Origin: Vicugna vicugna | Lineage: Eukaryota | Assembly (NCBI GenBank): GCA_013265495.1 | Contig: MU062317.1 | Span: forward strand, 1,672,229-1,736,228 | Direction: 5' to 3' | Length of the DNA stretch: 64,000 nucleotides | In this document: in pieces, positions 26,791 through 39,169 of the stretch | Layout of the letters: every line of letters begins with the position of its first letter | How positions within the stretch are numbered: position 1 is the first letter of the stretch | Translations under genes and position numbers: made by a program | Notes under the pieces: generated by a model | The model's input: only the letters and a program-made list of their open reading frames with translations | Database searches by the model: none | Told to the model about the DNA's origin: nothing

Positions 26791-29700
26791 CAGAGGGGAC
26801 GGACGTGGTGTTCAGACCTGTGGGCAGAGCCCTCGGTGTAGACCCCAGGCCTCGGAGACCAGGGAGGCGACCGGCCGGGAAAGCGCGGCTCGCGCACCGG
26901 GCTGGGGACGGAGGGGAGGACCTGACTGACAGCTGGTGACCTGGGCGAACGGGGTGAGGGGGTGAGGGGGTGACGAGCGAGATGCACCAGCACGAGAGCT
27001 GCTGGCTCCGTGGGCCCCTTGGAAACTGCAGGCAGCTCCCCTGACAGACGTGTTTTCCATGTGGCAGATTTTGAAGTAATTTTAGCAGAACGGCCTCTAC
27101 CACTGCAAAATGAAATTAACCAAGGGGAGGACTGCCGTGGGAGCGGACGCCCAGCCCGGGGCTGAGCTCGGCGCCTCCGTGGCCCCTGGGCGGGATCACC
27201 GGCGGGGAAGACCCTGGAGACACCACTCCCTGACGGGGACTGGCTACGGCTCGCTGCTTCCCGGTGCAGGTCCTGAGCTGTCTTTTCCCACATAAAACAT
27301 CCCTGTGTCACGTTCGTCACTTGAAAATGCGTTTCAAGGTTTTTCCGCTCCTTGCAAGTAATCCGATTTAGCTGGACGTGGACAACTGACGTTCAACTTA
27401 ATTGGAACAGCAAATGGGTCAGACCCAGGATTCAGTTCGGTGAACGAACGCCTTACAGGCTCACAACATGCACGACAACTAACGGATGGCCAGAGACGCA
27501 CTCGCGGCCCCTCACCTCCCCTTCGCCTCTCCAGGAGGGTCCTCTGACCGGCCACAGTCCCCACCCCCGGGGCCTCTGCACACGATGCACCCCCACCAGA
27601 GGGACCCCTCCCTCCGCCCGCTCCTTCCACGGCCAGGCCCCCGTGTCCTCTGAGCCTCCCCCGAGGGGACGCCCTCCGCAGGCCCCCTGGGCCCCGGCAT
27701 GGGCCACGCCCTCCCCACGTGGTGGTCCTGTCTTGGCGCCATTTACATCAGGTACAACTTGGAACTTTGAATTATCCGTCTGTCTCTGCGTGTCTGCTCA
27801 CTAACAAGGCGAGACTGGGAGTGTGTCCTCTAGGTCACAGGCTCTCCCAGCATCGGCCCAGCCCTGGCATCCAGGGCCCATGTCCATATTCGGGGAGGGA
27901 GGAGGTGGGGATGGCAGGACCCAGGAAGGAAACCAGGAGGCCACGCTGAGGCCCATCATAGCGACACAGCAGCTCTGTCGCAGGCTACGTGAGCTAGAAT
28001 TCCACGACTCAGCGCCCTGGCTCCTGGGGTGGAGGTGTCACCGCCCGCCCTGTGATGAGAGGGTGGAGGACCTTCCGGGGCGCGTGGAGCCGCATGGCTC
28101 CAGGAGCAGACGTCCCGGGGGAGCCCGGAGGCACAACGGGTGGGTCACACAGAGGCAAAGCGGCACGAGGTTCAAAGCAGCAGGAGCCTGATTACTCGGG
28201 TGATGGGCGCGACCACGTGGCCTGCAGATACGCGGGCACAGCTGCGGGTTCCACCCCAGCTCAGGCTCCGCACAGACGGCGGAGACCAAGCCCTGACTCA
28301 GCGAGAGGCCAACCGGAAGCTTCAAGGGCGCATGCGGGGGTTCTGCAGCTGAACTCGGGCTGCGGCCCCTGCGCCCACCCAGTAAGCCGACCAGCCTCAA
28401 GCTCCTGCCTCCCGGGGCGCTCCCTTCACGAGAAACAAGAACGGCCTGAAGATGAGGCCCACAGGGCTGCGCTCCAGCGAGAAGCTGCAGGCCCCTCAGG
28501 CCCCCTTCCTCGGGGGCCAGCTCCGGGGGCGGGTGGCGCAGGCACCCACCACGCCTCCCGCATCCCACCCCCACCCCCACCCCAGTTTGTTCCAGGCTTC
28601 CCCTAAGTCCCCAAGGGAAGCCCAGAGGACCCGGGGCCCCTTGGAGCGCAAGGTGACACAGCCTTTCACACGCAGGCGGTCGAGAGTCCCCACAAACCCG
28701 AGAGGCAGGAGCCTCAGCCCCTCCCAGGATGAATGAGAGCTGGAGCCCCTCCCCTGCAGGTAGGTTCGCCCTCCAAGGCCGCCAGCCCCTGAGAGGACGG
28801 GGCAGCTGGGACCTCCCCCGGGACCCACCTGTCAGCCTCCCCCTCTGCAGCAGCCCCGGGGTGCCCGGGGGGGTCCCAGTCCACCCCAGGGCCAGGGGCC
28901 AAGGCTGGTCAGGGTGCCACACCCCTTCCACACCGAAGGGTGAAGGCGGGCCCAGGAGCTGGGCAGAGGAAGGGCCCGTCAGGGCAGAGCTCAGGACCTT
29001 GGGCAAAACGGAGGAGGAGGAAGCTGCTCTCCCCCTGGAGGAGAGCAGGACTGGGAACAGCAGGAGGGCGGCGCCCACAGACCCAGGTCGGCCCCTCCCT
29101 GCTCCATGGGGAGGAACAGGCCCCTCCCCTGGGGGGGTCTACTGCTCCTTGTCTGGGCTCTGAAGCCCCCTTCCCTGCACACAGCGAGCCGGCTGAAGCT
29201 GGGAGTCAGCCTGCTGCCCTGAGCCCCCCCGGGGCACACCGGTACCTGGAGGTGAGCGAGGGTGCTGCCCAGCGACATCAAAGGCTGGGCCCCGGGCCAC
29301 GCAGCTCGGACTAGAGCCAGGTTTCTCCCAGCTCTCTCCAAAGACAGCCTGGGGTGGGGCGGTGACAGCAAAGGAGAACGCCAACATCGTGTGTGCGACA
29401 GAGGGTCCCATGGATGGTGGCTGCACCGATGTGACAAACTGGGAGGCCACCCAAGGGAATGGGGACAAAGGGGTGTCCGGTAGGAGATGCGGCCCTCCAA
29501 GCCACCCTGGTCGACGAGCACATGGACCTCGGCACCCGGCCCAGACACTGAGTGCCCCGCTGGCACCAGACACTCATGTCCCCGCCCGGGATTACCTGGG
29601 GCAGGGCACCCTCCCACCACGTCCAGTTGCGCCTGCTGCAGCTCTGAGCACACGCAGGTCTCCAGAATGGGGGCGGCTGCTGCAGGCGGCTCTGAGACGC

Positions 29701-30231
29701 TGGGGGTCCCCGGGGCCTCCCAGCACTGTTTTCACTGCCCACACGCTTGGAAGCCTGGCAAGGACCAGAGCCCTGGGGCCCTGAGAGGTGTGAGTTCTGG
29801 GTGCCCAACACTGACAGCCCCTCCAGACAGGACTCTCTTCTGAAGACAGAGGGGTTAGGACCCCAGGGTCAGGAGCTGTCCCACGACACTGGGCCACTTC
29901 CAGGGAAACCGGCTAGAGGCAGCCCCTCAACCCCTCACATCAAACACCCAGACCGCACGGTCCTCCCAGAGAGCCAGGGGCTGGGGCCGCTGCCCAGGCC
30001 ACAGGGCCCCACGACAGGCAGCGCTGGAAGTCACCACCGACTCACTTCTGCCAGGGCTGCACCTGGAAGCCCCACGCAGAGCGGGTGGGGTCCTACCCCG
30101 AGGCGGTCAGACCTGCCCGGGGGCACCAGAGGACCGAGGAGGGCACCGAGCTCCACACCCCAGAGCGAGGCCAGGTCCACAGGAGTGTCTGAGAAGAGGT
30201 CAGGAGGCAGCAGTGATCAAGTTGTTCACAC

Positions 30232-30364
30232 CACCCACACCTGCCTACACCTGTCTCCCCTAGTCCACACGGCTTCCACACCTGTCCACACGCGCTCACA
30301 CTGTCCACATCTGTCTCTGCAGCATCCACGCCCACCCACACCCGTCTGCACTGTGTCCACACCC
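30232..30364. repeat. Degenerate ccacacctgt-type tandem repeat
   Basis: Repeated ccacac/gtccacac units. Confidence 0.55.
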
Positions 30365-31554
30365 AGGAGGGAGCAGCCACCATGAGCTTGGCCAAGGGCC
30401 GCCCGCTCCTCCCCACTGGCCAGGGGTCGGGGCTCCAGCAGCAGCCCCTCGCAGGCGGGAGACCCCTGGCAGGCCCTGCACCTCCCCTTGTGCTTCTGTC
30501 ACAAATGACCTGCCACGCAGCCCGCCCGCGCACCTGGGGCCGGGCGGGCTGCAGCTGGGTCTCACACTTGGAACCGAGTGTGGCCAGTGTTTCCCACACG
30601 TGTGGGAGGCAAATGAGTGTGGCGTCCGTTAGGTTTAAGATCTTGGAGCCCAGTTTTAACGTCTTGGCCGGGACGGGCCCTCAGAGCCGCCGCCCGGCCC
30701 GGCGTCTCTGCCTCCTGAGCTCAGGGGCCTGGGCGCTCAGCCCCGCCCGCCCTCCTCCCCATGGCCCTCCCTGCCCCGCTCACCTCGAAAACCTAAAAAT
30801 GATTAAATTTGAAAGCTCTCTTTGTACAAAGACAGACCAGCTAAAACTCATGAATAATTCATGCTTGTTTTGCCCACGTCCAGGAACACCCACCGAGGCT
30901 CACGTCCCAAACCCTCAGCCTCCAAGCCCACCGGGCCGCACTGTTTCCTCAAAGCCCCAGAGCTAAGAACATGAAGGTGGTTTGCATTCAGCAGCAGGTG
31001 CTCCCAGGAAGGATGGGAGCTGGGCCAGGAAGCGGCCACTCAGAGCGCCAGCGCCTCCCAGCCGGGCGCCCCTGAGGCGGGACCCCGGCTGCTGCCCCTT
31101 CTCCCAGGCCGAGCCGGTCTCCCCATGGGCCGGGCTGCCCTGCGAGGCTGCCCTGTCACCCTGGACACGTCCTGCGGGAGCACGAGAGTCTGGGGGAAGC
31201 AGTGAGTCCCGCTCGCCCTGTGGTCACACTGCTGGCAGTGAGGACGGATTAACCCACTTCCTCCTGGGGATGGAGTAACTCTCACAAGCTGACAAGTACC
31301 TTCTGATACAACAGTTCCTCCTCCATACGAGTCTTTTTCCTCCTTAATGAATTATAATACAAAAAGAAGTCTGATTAAAGACTGGAAAACACCAAAAGAA
31401 AGTAAAAGAGAAAGAAACAGTCGTCCCCTCTTCATGCCAACGTCACAGACGCCCGTGGGTCCTCCCCCCGGGGGACAAGGCCGTCCAGTGCCCCTGACTG
31501 CCGCAGTGTCCAGAGGGCTGAGCTCGAGTCGCATGGCCTGGGGGCTGTCGCTAA

Positions 31555-32380
31555 CGACCGACCGGGACAACCCAGCAACACACAAACAACCCAATTCCCA
31601 AACAGGCAAAGGTTTGAACTGACATTTCTCCAGGGAGGGTGGACTGATGGCCGACAGACAAGAGAAGACATCTCAGCGTCACGGACCGTCAGGGAAACGC
31701 GCCAGCACACAGTGAAGGCACCACCGCACACCCCGCAGAACGAGACCAAACACCACCAGCGTCGGCGAGGACAGGAGGACACGGCCCCCGTGCGCTGCCG
31801 GGGCATGTAAGACGGCGCCACTCCGGTGGGCCCTCAAAAACTACAAGTAGAATTGTCACGCGAGCCAGCAATTTCACACGCGAGTGTGTTCCCAAAAGAG
31901 CTGAGAGCAGGGCCAGGAGAGACACTTGCACAGCCACGTTCACAGCAGCCTCACTCACGAGGGCCAAGCGTGGACGCCGCCCCGGGCCCGCCAGCGGTGA
32001 TCGGGTGTGGGGAACATGTTATGTCCGCGCTCCTTCAAAAGCGGGGAAATTCTGACACAGGCGCCACGCAGAAGAGCCATGAGGACATCATGCCGAGCGA
32101 AGTAAGCCAGCCCCGAAGGACGCAGTGTGCGACCCCACCCCTGTGAGGCCCGGGAGGATTCAAAGTCCTACCAAGGCAAAGCGGGAGGGCGGGGCCCGTG
32201 GCTGGCGGGCGGGCAGTGTTTCACGGGGACAGAGCCTGAGTCTGGGAAGATGAGAAGGCTCTGCAGACGGCGGGGGGCGGCTGCACGGCACCGTGAGCGT
32301 GCGCTAGCTGCGGAGCTGTGCGCTTAGAGACGGTTAAGACGGTCAGGTTCACGTTACGTGTATTTTCCCAAGACTTAAAA
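31555..32380 (+). mobile_element. L1MB-like 3' fragment, strongly GC-shifted
   Basis: aacaacccaatt...gaggacatcatgccgagcgaagtaagccag...tgggaagatgagaaggctctg...ggttaagacggtcaggttcacgttacgtgtatttt. Confidence 0.8.
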
Positions 32381-33044
32381 AACCAGCAAAAGCCAGTGAT
32401 GGGCCGGATTCGGCTCGTGGGCCAGTTCTGTCTCTCCTATTAACGTGCCCCCGCAGGAGGGCACACTCGGCAGTCTTCAGGAATGGCATTCACAACGTGG
32501 ATTCAACAATCTGCTCGGAGCATAACGTCAAGGAAAAGCAGCCTCTGCAAGGTGTGCAGAAGCCAAGCCACCGAGGCGAGCACGCCAGGCAGGCCCGTCC
32601 CAGACACCTCGGCCGGGGGCGGGGCCCGGTCACGCCACGCCCAAGCGAGCCACACGCCGGGAACAGGCAACGGGGCGTGGAGCTTCCCTCCTGCACGTGC
32701 AAGGCCTCCCGGGAGAAGCATTGGGGTCTCTTCAAGGCCGTCTGAGCACAGGACTCTGCCCAGTGACCAGAGCCTCTGCCTGGAAGGTTCCAGGACGGGG
32801 GAGTGGCTGCAGGTGAGGACGTCACAGCCAGATCGTGTCCCCCGGGCTGCACGATGGCCCCTGTGGGGGGTGCTGGGCTCGGGGCCCCGCACACAGAGCT
32901 CAGACCACACCCAGGTCAGCGGGGCCCCTGTGCTCAGTCACGCGCCGCCAACCACAAATGTGCAGGCAGTAGTTTCTGCTTCCTGACTCAGAGAGGACAC
33001 CTGCCACGAAGCCTGCAGGCCTCCCGGGACATGAACCTCTGGGG

Positions 33045-33400
33045 GTCCCGTTCAGGGCCGAACTGTGTCCCCCCACGTCCACGTGTTGCAGTGCTGACCC
33101 CGCACCTCAGAGCGGGCCCTTATTTGGAGACAGGGTCGTTGCAGATGTTTTAGATCGCAGGGAATCAGGTCACAGGGTGGCCCCTGGTCCAAAATGACTG
33201 ATGGTTTCATAAAAAGGTGGGGGGATTCAGGCCCAGACACGTGGGGGAGCACACGTGTGAGCGTGAAGACCCGTCTCCAAGCCCAGGAGGGGCCGGGGAC
33301 CGACCCTCCTCTGCCTCAGAAGGAGCCAGCCCTGCCCACACGGGGGTCTCCAGGCTCGTGCTGGTTCAGCCGCCCCGTCTGCGGACACGATGCAGACCCT
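33045..33400 (+). mobile_element. MLT1B/C-like LTR
   Basis: gaactgtgtccccc...ccttatttggagacagggtcgttgcagatg...cagaaggagccagccctgcccacac. Confidence 0.75.
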
Positions 33401-33649
33401 GCCAGCGCGAGAGGCCGCAGGACCAGAGGCAGACAAGCCCCCGATCCCGGACGTCTACACCACCAACCCACGTCCTCACATTCACATCCTCATTCCAGCA
33501 TCATACAGAGCACAGCCCCCCGGGCGCCTGTCCTGGTTACCAGGTCACCTCGTGCCCTCTGAGGCCCGTCCACCCGGTCCCTGCTCCTTGGAAACACACC
33601 GCCTGGACCCTCTGCACCCTCCCGGCGCCTGCAGACTGGAGACTGCTCG

Positions 33650-33968
33650 GGCGGGTCCGTGTCCCCAAATCCACAAGTGGGGACACAGACCTCCAGGGTG
33701 ACGGCACTTGGAGGCGGGGCCTTTGGGAGGCGGCTGCGGTGAGATGAGGTCATGAGATCAGCACCCCGATAACAAGCGAAGAGACCCCGAGGAGCCCCCT
33801 CGGCCCCTGGGGGACACCGCCGGGAGGCGGCCTCTGCGGCCCGCGGCGCAGGGCCTCATCAGGCGCTGGCCCCGGCCCCGGGCGCCCGGCCTCCCGAGCT
33901 GCGAGGACTCCTGCTGTCTGAGCCGCCCCACCTGTGGCACTTGTTACTGCAGCTGAGCTGACCGAGAC
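33650..33968 (+). mobile_element. MLT1A-like LTR
   Basis: gtgtccccaaatc...ggaggcggggcctttgggagg...gatgaggtcatgag...tgtggcacttgttactgcagctgagctgaccgagaca. Confidence 0.75.
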
Positions 33969-35690
33969 AGGCCCCAGTCCCCTGGACCTGGCCTCCCGGC
34001 CCTCAGCCTCCCGGTGACTCTCCCACAGGTGGAAACTGGGTCTCCCGTAAGGAACTGGCTGTGTCAGGCCTCCTCCCACCTGCCCCCGCCCCCCAGACAC
34101 CCACACACCCGTGACTCCCAGGGCCCACCCGCAGTTTTCACCAAGAAACCACGTCTCAGGAAGGCCGGGTCCACGCTGCTCAACTCTCCCCCTGCTGGGG
34201 CCGAGCCGGAAGGAAAGGCGACCCTGGCCTCACCCGGCCGGTCTGCAGCCCGAAGGTCCCTCAACAGGATGGTCAAACGCGGAGGCGGGTCAGACCACGG
34301 ACCACTGACGGAGACACAGAGACACCAGCCCAGCCCCCCACCCACTGGGGGGAACCCAGCGCGGGTGCCGGCTGGGGAGTCGGTACTTTGACACCCAGCG
34401 CCGCAACGTCCAAGTAAGGGGGTGAAAACCCCGAGACGGTAACTGGGGGGGTGCCCAGGGTTGAGGGGTGGGTTCTGGCGTTTGGGTAACCGTCTGCACC
34501 CCAGCACACAAGCGCACCAGACGCGGCAGCTCCACCACAGCACGAGGTTTGAATGGCAAACGTGTGTCTACGTTCTTTGGTGGAGCGATCGCTCTTCTGG
34601 GATTCTGCAGCAACGAACAGAGCGGCCCGGGGCGTCCACAGACGGAGGCGGATGCAGCACCGCTCGGGGAGGCCCCTCCCCGCCCCGTGGGGTCCGCCAG
34701 GAGCGAGGCTCGGGAGTCCCGGGACTGGCCACTGGCCGCAGGGCCTCAGACCATTAGCTAAAAAGGGGAGGAATTCTAACTAACCCGGTGCCTCAGTGTT
34801 TCCTTAATACCAATAAGCGTGTGAGGCTGGAATAAAATTTTAAACGGTCTGCTCTCCAGGGAGCACCATAAAGGGCAATTTAAATTTCTTCCCTTACGTT
34901 TATTTTACTGCCTGTTTCAAATTTTCCATAGTCAACGTGCGTTGCTTTTGAGCCAGAAACACTGTTTTGAACACAAAGTGGAAAGCCCCTTCCGTCTGGT
35001 GCGGACTCCAGGTCCACTCTCAGTCACACTGTCCCTCCCAAGACGCCGAGCGAAGACGCTGCAGACACGAAGGCTTCCCGGTGGCCGAGTGGTGCACGTG
35101 ACCCGGCCCCGGGCTGGCTCGGGCTCCTGCGGCCTGACCCAGATAACAGAGGTGACGGTCCACCCGGGCAGCGCGCTGGCAGCCCACCGCCGGCCACTCC
35201 CGGGACCCGGGGACCCTTGGAAGCACTCCCGGTGGAAGGAGGGGCCGATTCACTGAAGCTCGTTGAGCAAATGCCCTGGAAGGACATGCCCGAAATCAAA
35301 GCAGGTGGCCCACACCCTGGTGGTGGTAGGGGACACTCTGGGGGGCCTGTGCGCTGGGGAAGAGGACAAGTGGGGGCTGAGTCTTCGTTGGGGGGACAGG
35401 TTTTGAACAGAGACCCCAGGGGAGGGGAGGGGGAAGCAAGGCAGGTGTGGGGACGTGGGAGGGAGGTGGGGGGAGGCCGGCAGACCTCCTAGCAGGAGTG
35501 GCCTCAGGGGTGTTGGGGGGTCACGGCTGAGTGAGGCTGGAATTACAGGCACCTGCTGTCTGCAGGGGGTGGGGCTGTCCAGTGGGGGCGGAGCCTGGGC
35601 CGGTGGATGAGGAGCCGCAAGTGCCCATCCTAAGGCCACACGGAGGGAAGCGATGGAGCCAGAGCCTGCAGCCGTGGCACCCCACGCAGA

Positions 35691-35721
35691 GCCGCCACCG
35701 CTGCCGCCGCCGCCGCCGCCC
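35691..35721. repeat. Imperfect (GCC)n triplet tract
   Basis: gccgccaccgctgccgccgccgccgccgccc. Confidence 0.7.
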
Positions 35722-36454
35722 GGGGCAGGCAGAGAAAGCCGCCATTCAGCGCTGGCCCCGCCCCCGCAGAACAAAGGCCGCCTTCACTGCCTGTGTCCAG
35801 GCGGCCAGCACGTGCCAGTCACCAGGCCGCCGGCCCCTCACGCCGGGCCCCGCAGCCCCACCTCGAGGCCAGACCTCCCGCCACGGGCCAGCTCCCCGGT
35901 GGCCGCGACGGGGCGGGGCCGTGCCTGGTTTTAAGTCAGAGGTTCCTCCTTAGCAGGTCGCTTCCAGCAACTGCGCCCTCCCCACTCCCAGGGGCAGAGA
36001 AACGGTCCCCCCGGCCATGCTGCTCCAGAAGAAAAGCCCCCCAGCTTACTCACGCACCCTCCCCACAATAAATCTTCCTCACAACAGGACACACGCTGCT
36101 CAGCTCTCCCCTGGTAATGGCGCCAACATTTTCTGGGTGATGAGCTAAGACCAAAATAACTGCTGCAAAGATAGGGGATCATTGAAATCCCTCTGAGCAA
36201 AGGTCTACTCGGTGACACCTGAGCCACAAGAACCACGTGGCGTCTCAGGGCCCCGCCCACGGGCGCCGGCGTCACGGCTCTCTGTGCGGCAGGGCCCTTT
36301 CCCGGCTGTGAGCGCCTCGGCCCACGACAAAGCCTTCACCCTGTGAGCCGCGGTGCTCCAAACCCCGCGTTTATCTCCCATCTTTCACAGAACTCTTCCT
36401 TGTTTAAAAGTGGGTAAGAAGGCGAAAGAGTCCCTGAGGTCTGTTGCATAACGT

Positions 36455-37320
36455 GGGGTGTGGTTAACACTTCTGAACTGTGCACTAAAAATAGTTAAGA
36501 AGCACCTGTGAGAATCCCCAAAATCCAGCACTGACACCGCCAGACGCTGGCGAGGACGCGAAGCAACAGGAACTTCCGCCCGGTCATCGCTGGTGGGAAT
36601 GCAGACGGTACAGGCCCTGGGGAGACAATCTGGTGATTTCTCACAAAATTAAACACAGTTTTACCACACAGTCCAGCCATCGTGCTCCCTGGTATTTATC
36701 CAAAGGCGCTGAAAACTGTCGTCCACACAAGAGCCTGCACGTGGGTGTTTAGAGCAGCTTTACTCATAATTGACAAAACTCGGGAGCAACCGAGACGCCC
36801 TTCAGTAAGTGACGTATGAACAAGCTGTCGTCCATCCAGGCAGTGGAATATTACTCAGCACCAAAGAGAAATGAGCTACCAAATTACGAAAGGGCAGGGA
36901 GGACCCTTAAACGCACGCCCGACCACTCAAAGAAGCCAGTCTGAAAAGGCTGCGGACTGAATGGCTCCAGCGATGCGGCGTTCTGGAAAAGGCAGAATTA
37001 CAGAGACAGGAACAGAGCGGCGGCTGCCAGGGTTAGTGCTAGGGAGGGGTGAGCAGGAGGCTCACAGGGGGCTGGGGGGCGGCGAGCCTCGCTGTGTGAT
37101 GCTGTGACGGGGGACACACACAACGCACAACACCCAGAGTGGCCCCCAGGGGACGCGACAGGCTCTGGGTGATGATGCAGGGTCGCCCGCTGTAACAGAC
37201 ACACCCTCCGCTGGGAAGGGGGACAACGGGGAGCCTGGGGCGGGGCGTACGTGGGAAATCTCTGTATCTCCCTCTCGATTTTGCTGTGAGTCTAAAACTG
37301 CTCTAAAAAATACAGCCTTA
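36455..37320 (+). mobile_element. L1MC-like 3' fragment
   Basis: gctggtgggaatgcagacggtaca...ggaatattactcagca...gggaaatctctgtatctccctctcgattttgctgtgagtctaaaactgctctaaaaaata. Confidence 0.8.
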
Positions 37321-38111
37321 ATGGAAAGAATCATACAGAAGGGTTAGATGTTAACTTTTCTGCTGTGTTGCTTGGCCACAGCCAACTGAGGAAGGTGTGC
37401 TGGGAACGCAGTGGACGTGGGAGCCTCGCTGGCCTCAGACGCTCTGTAGGACGAGGACCAGAACCTCATCACGGCTTCAAAGCCTCACGCTGAGGGCACA
37501 CGCCTTCAGCAGGGCCGGGGCAGCTGCCACTTTGTGTGCCAGGCTGTATTTGTGATTTTACAAAAATCCTGGGTCGAGCCATACGCTGCAAGCATCTCCA
37601 AAAAACCACGACGTGAGAGACAGTAACACGAGGTTTCACAACGTGCGTCCGTAACGAGGACCCTGCCAGCAGAAGGGCCACCGCACGACTATCGTCTCAG
37701 AGGACACCTAGGAGGAGTCACCGCACAAGAAAGGCTGAGGTGCCCCGACGCCTCACAGATCCCAAGTGAGAGAAGCCCACGGGGACCCCCCCGGACTTGA
37801 AAACAACCCTAAAAACTGACGTTACCAATAATAACGGGAGCCCTGGAAAAGTCAGGATGTTCTGAATGTGCAGGAAGTAAAGATTTGCCAACCACACCGC
37901 AGGGAAGACTGAGGTAACTACCGGGGAGGTTTCTCGGCAGCGCCTGCCGCTTGAGGGAAAGGCGATCAAAGTGCCCGCAGCCAGAAAACACGGGCAGGAC
38001 CAGAGTCCGCGGGAAGTCTCACGGATGAGTCTCGTGACGTGGCGCTTCCGGATTTTGTGATACTGTCAGTACTTCATTTTTTTTTAATCTTTAAAACCTT
38101 TTGGGGGCAGT

Positions 38112-38236
38112 TTCTTCTTTGTTTTGTGGGGAGGTAATTAGGCTTATTTATTTATTCTTAAAGGAGGCGCTGGGGACTGAACCCGGGACCTCGTGCACAC
38201 TGGGCACGCGCTCTGCCACGCAGCTGCACCCACCCC
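38112..38236 (-). mobile_element. Camelid-type tRNA-derived SINE
   Basis: The reverse complement has a tRNA-like head with B-box GGTTCAGTCCCC and tail AATAAATAAATAAGCCTAATTACCTCCCC. Confidence 0.85.
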
Positions 38237-39055
38237 GCCGTCGGTGCTTTCACACTTACCACTTACGGTTATTTCCAGCCTCGCTGTGAGTCTCTCACAC
38301 TCACAGGGCAGGTGAGCGTGAGAAAGCACAACGGGGAAGGACACACCGACTGGGCGACTCCTCACGCAACAAGAGAGTCAGTAACACACACGCCTGTTTT
38401 CACAAAAAGCAGCACACGAAGGATCGGCCAAAACATGCCTGAAACTGGGTGCACGTGCTGAGAGTACGCGGACAGGAATCTGCACACAGCGCCCATTGTT
38501 CAATCACGTCAGTAAGTCACACAACCAACAGCAGAAGCAAATAAGGACGGGAAGTTCCCTGGAACAGCAGGAAGTGAGCCCGACGGGCTCCCACGCTGAC
38601 GCGCAGCCAGGGCCGCCCTCCAACTGAACCTGCGCTGGGAGCGGCGACCAGCCGAGGACCAAGACCACAGGGAAGCTGGCCCGCACGTGGGCGCGGACCC
38701 CCGTCCTGATGCAGCCGTTCTGAGCACGTCTGCGTCCGCGTGGGGGCCCCAGACACCCCACGTGGGGGGAGGGGGCCCGGACGCAAGCGGGGGGGCGGGG
38801 CAGCTCCGAGTCCTGCCGGGAGCTCGGACCCCACTCCCGGGAGTGACAGGCACTCGCAGCCCGAAAGCCCTTCTCCACCGAGAGGAAGCCGGGCTTTGGA
38901 GGAACGGCCGCTCCAGGCAGGAACCAGCAGCCCAAGCGTCCGAGAGGCGATGGGGCCAGGAAGTGGGGAGAAGCCCGGCGCTGGTGGGAGCCGCTTCCGC
39001 AGGCTCTGCGGCCAAATGCAGAGAACCTGAGCTTCAAAATAAATACTGACAGAAA

Positions 39056-39169
39056 AGGGTACAGCTCAGAGGCGGAGCACCTGCTTAGCATGAGTGAGGT
39101 CCTGGGTTCACCCCAGGAGCTTCCCTAAGAATAAATAAATAAACCTAATTACCTCCCCCCACCAAAAAA
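39056..39169 (+). mobile_element. Camelid-type tRNA-derived SINE with 11-bp TSD
   Basis: gggtacagctcagaggcggagc...gaggtcctgggttca...aataaataaataaacctaattacctcccccc; TSD actgacagaaa at 39045-39055 and 39170-39180. Confidence 0.9.

Noticed and set aside
27040-27480. AT-richer stretch next to the Tigger1 end as a possible further first exon or promoter
   Set aside because: No strong donor or distinctive motif, so it cannot be supported from sequence alone.
10651-35940. TGACTTAAAAC present twice (10651 plus strand; about 35930 minus strand)
   Set aside because: An 11-mer recurrence with no extended similarity.
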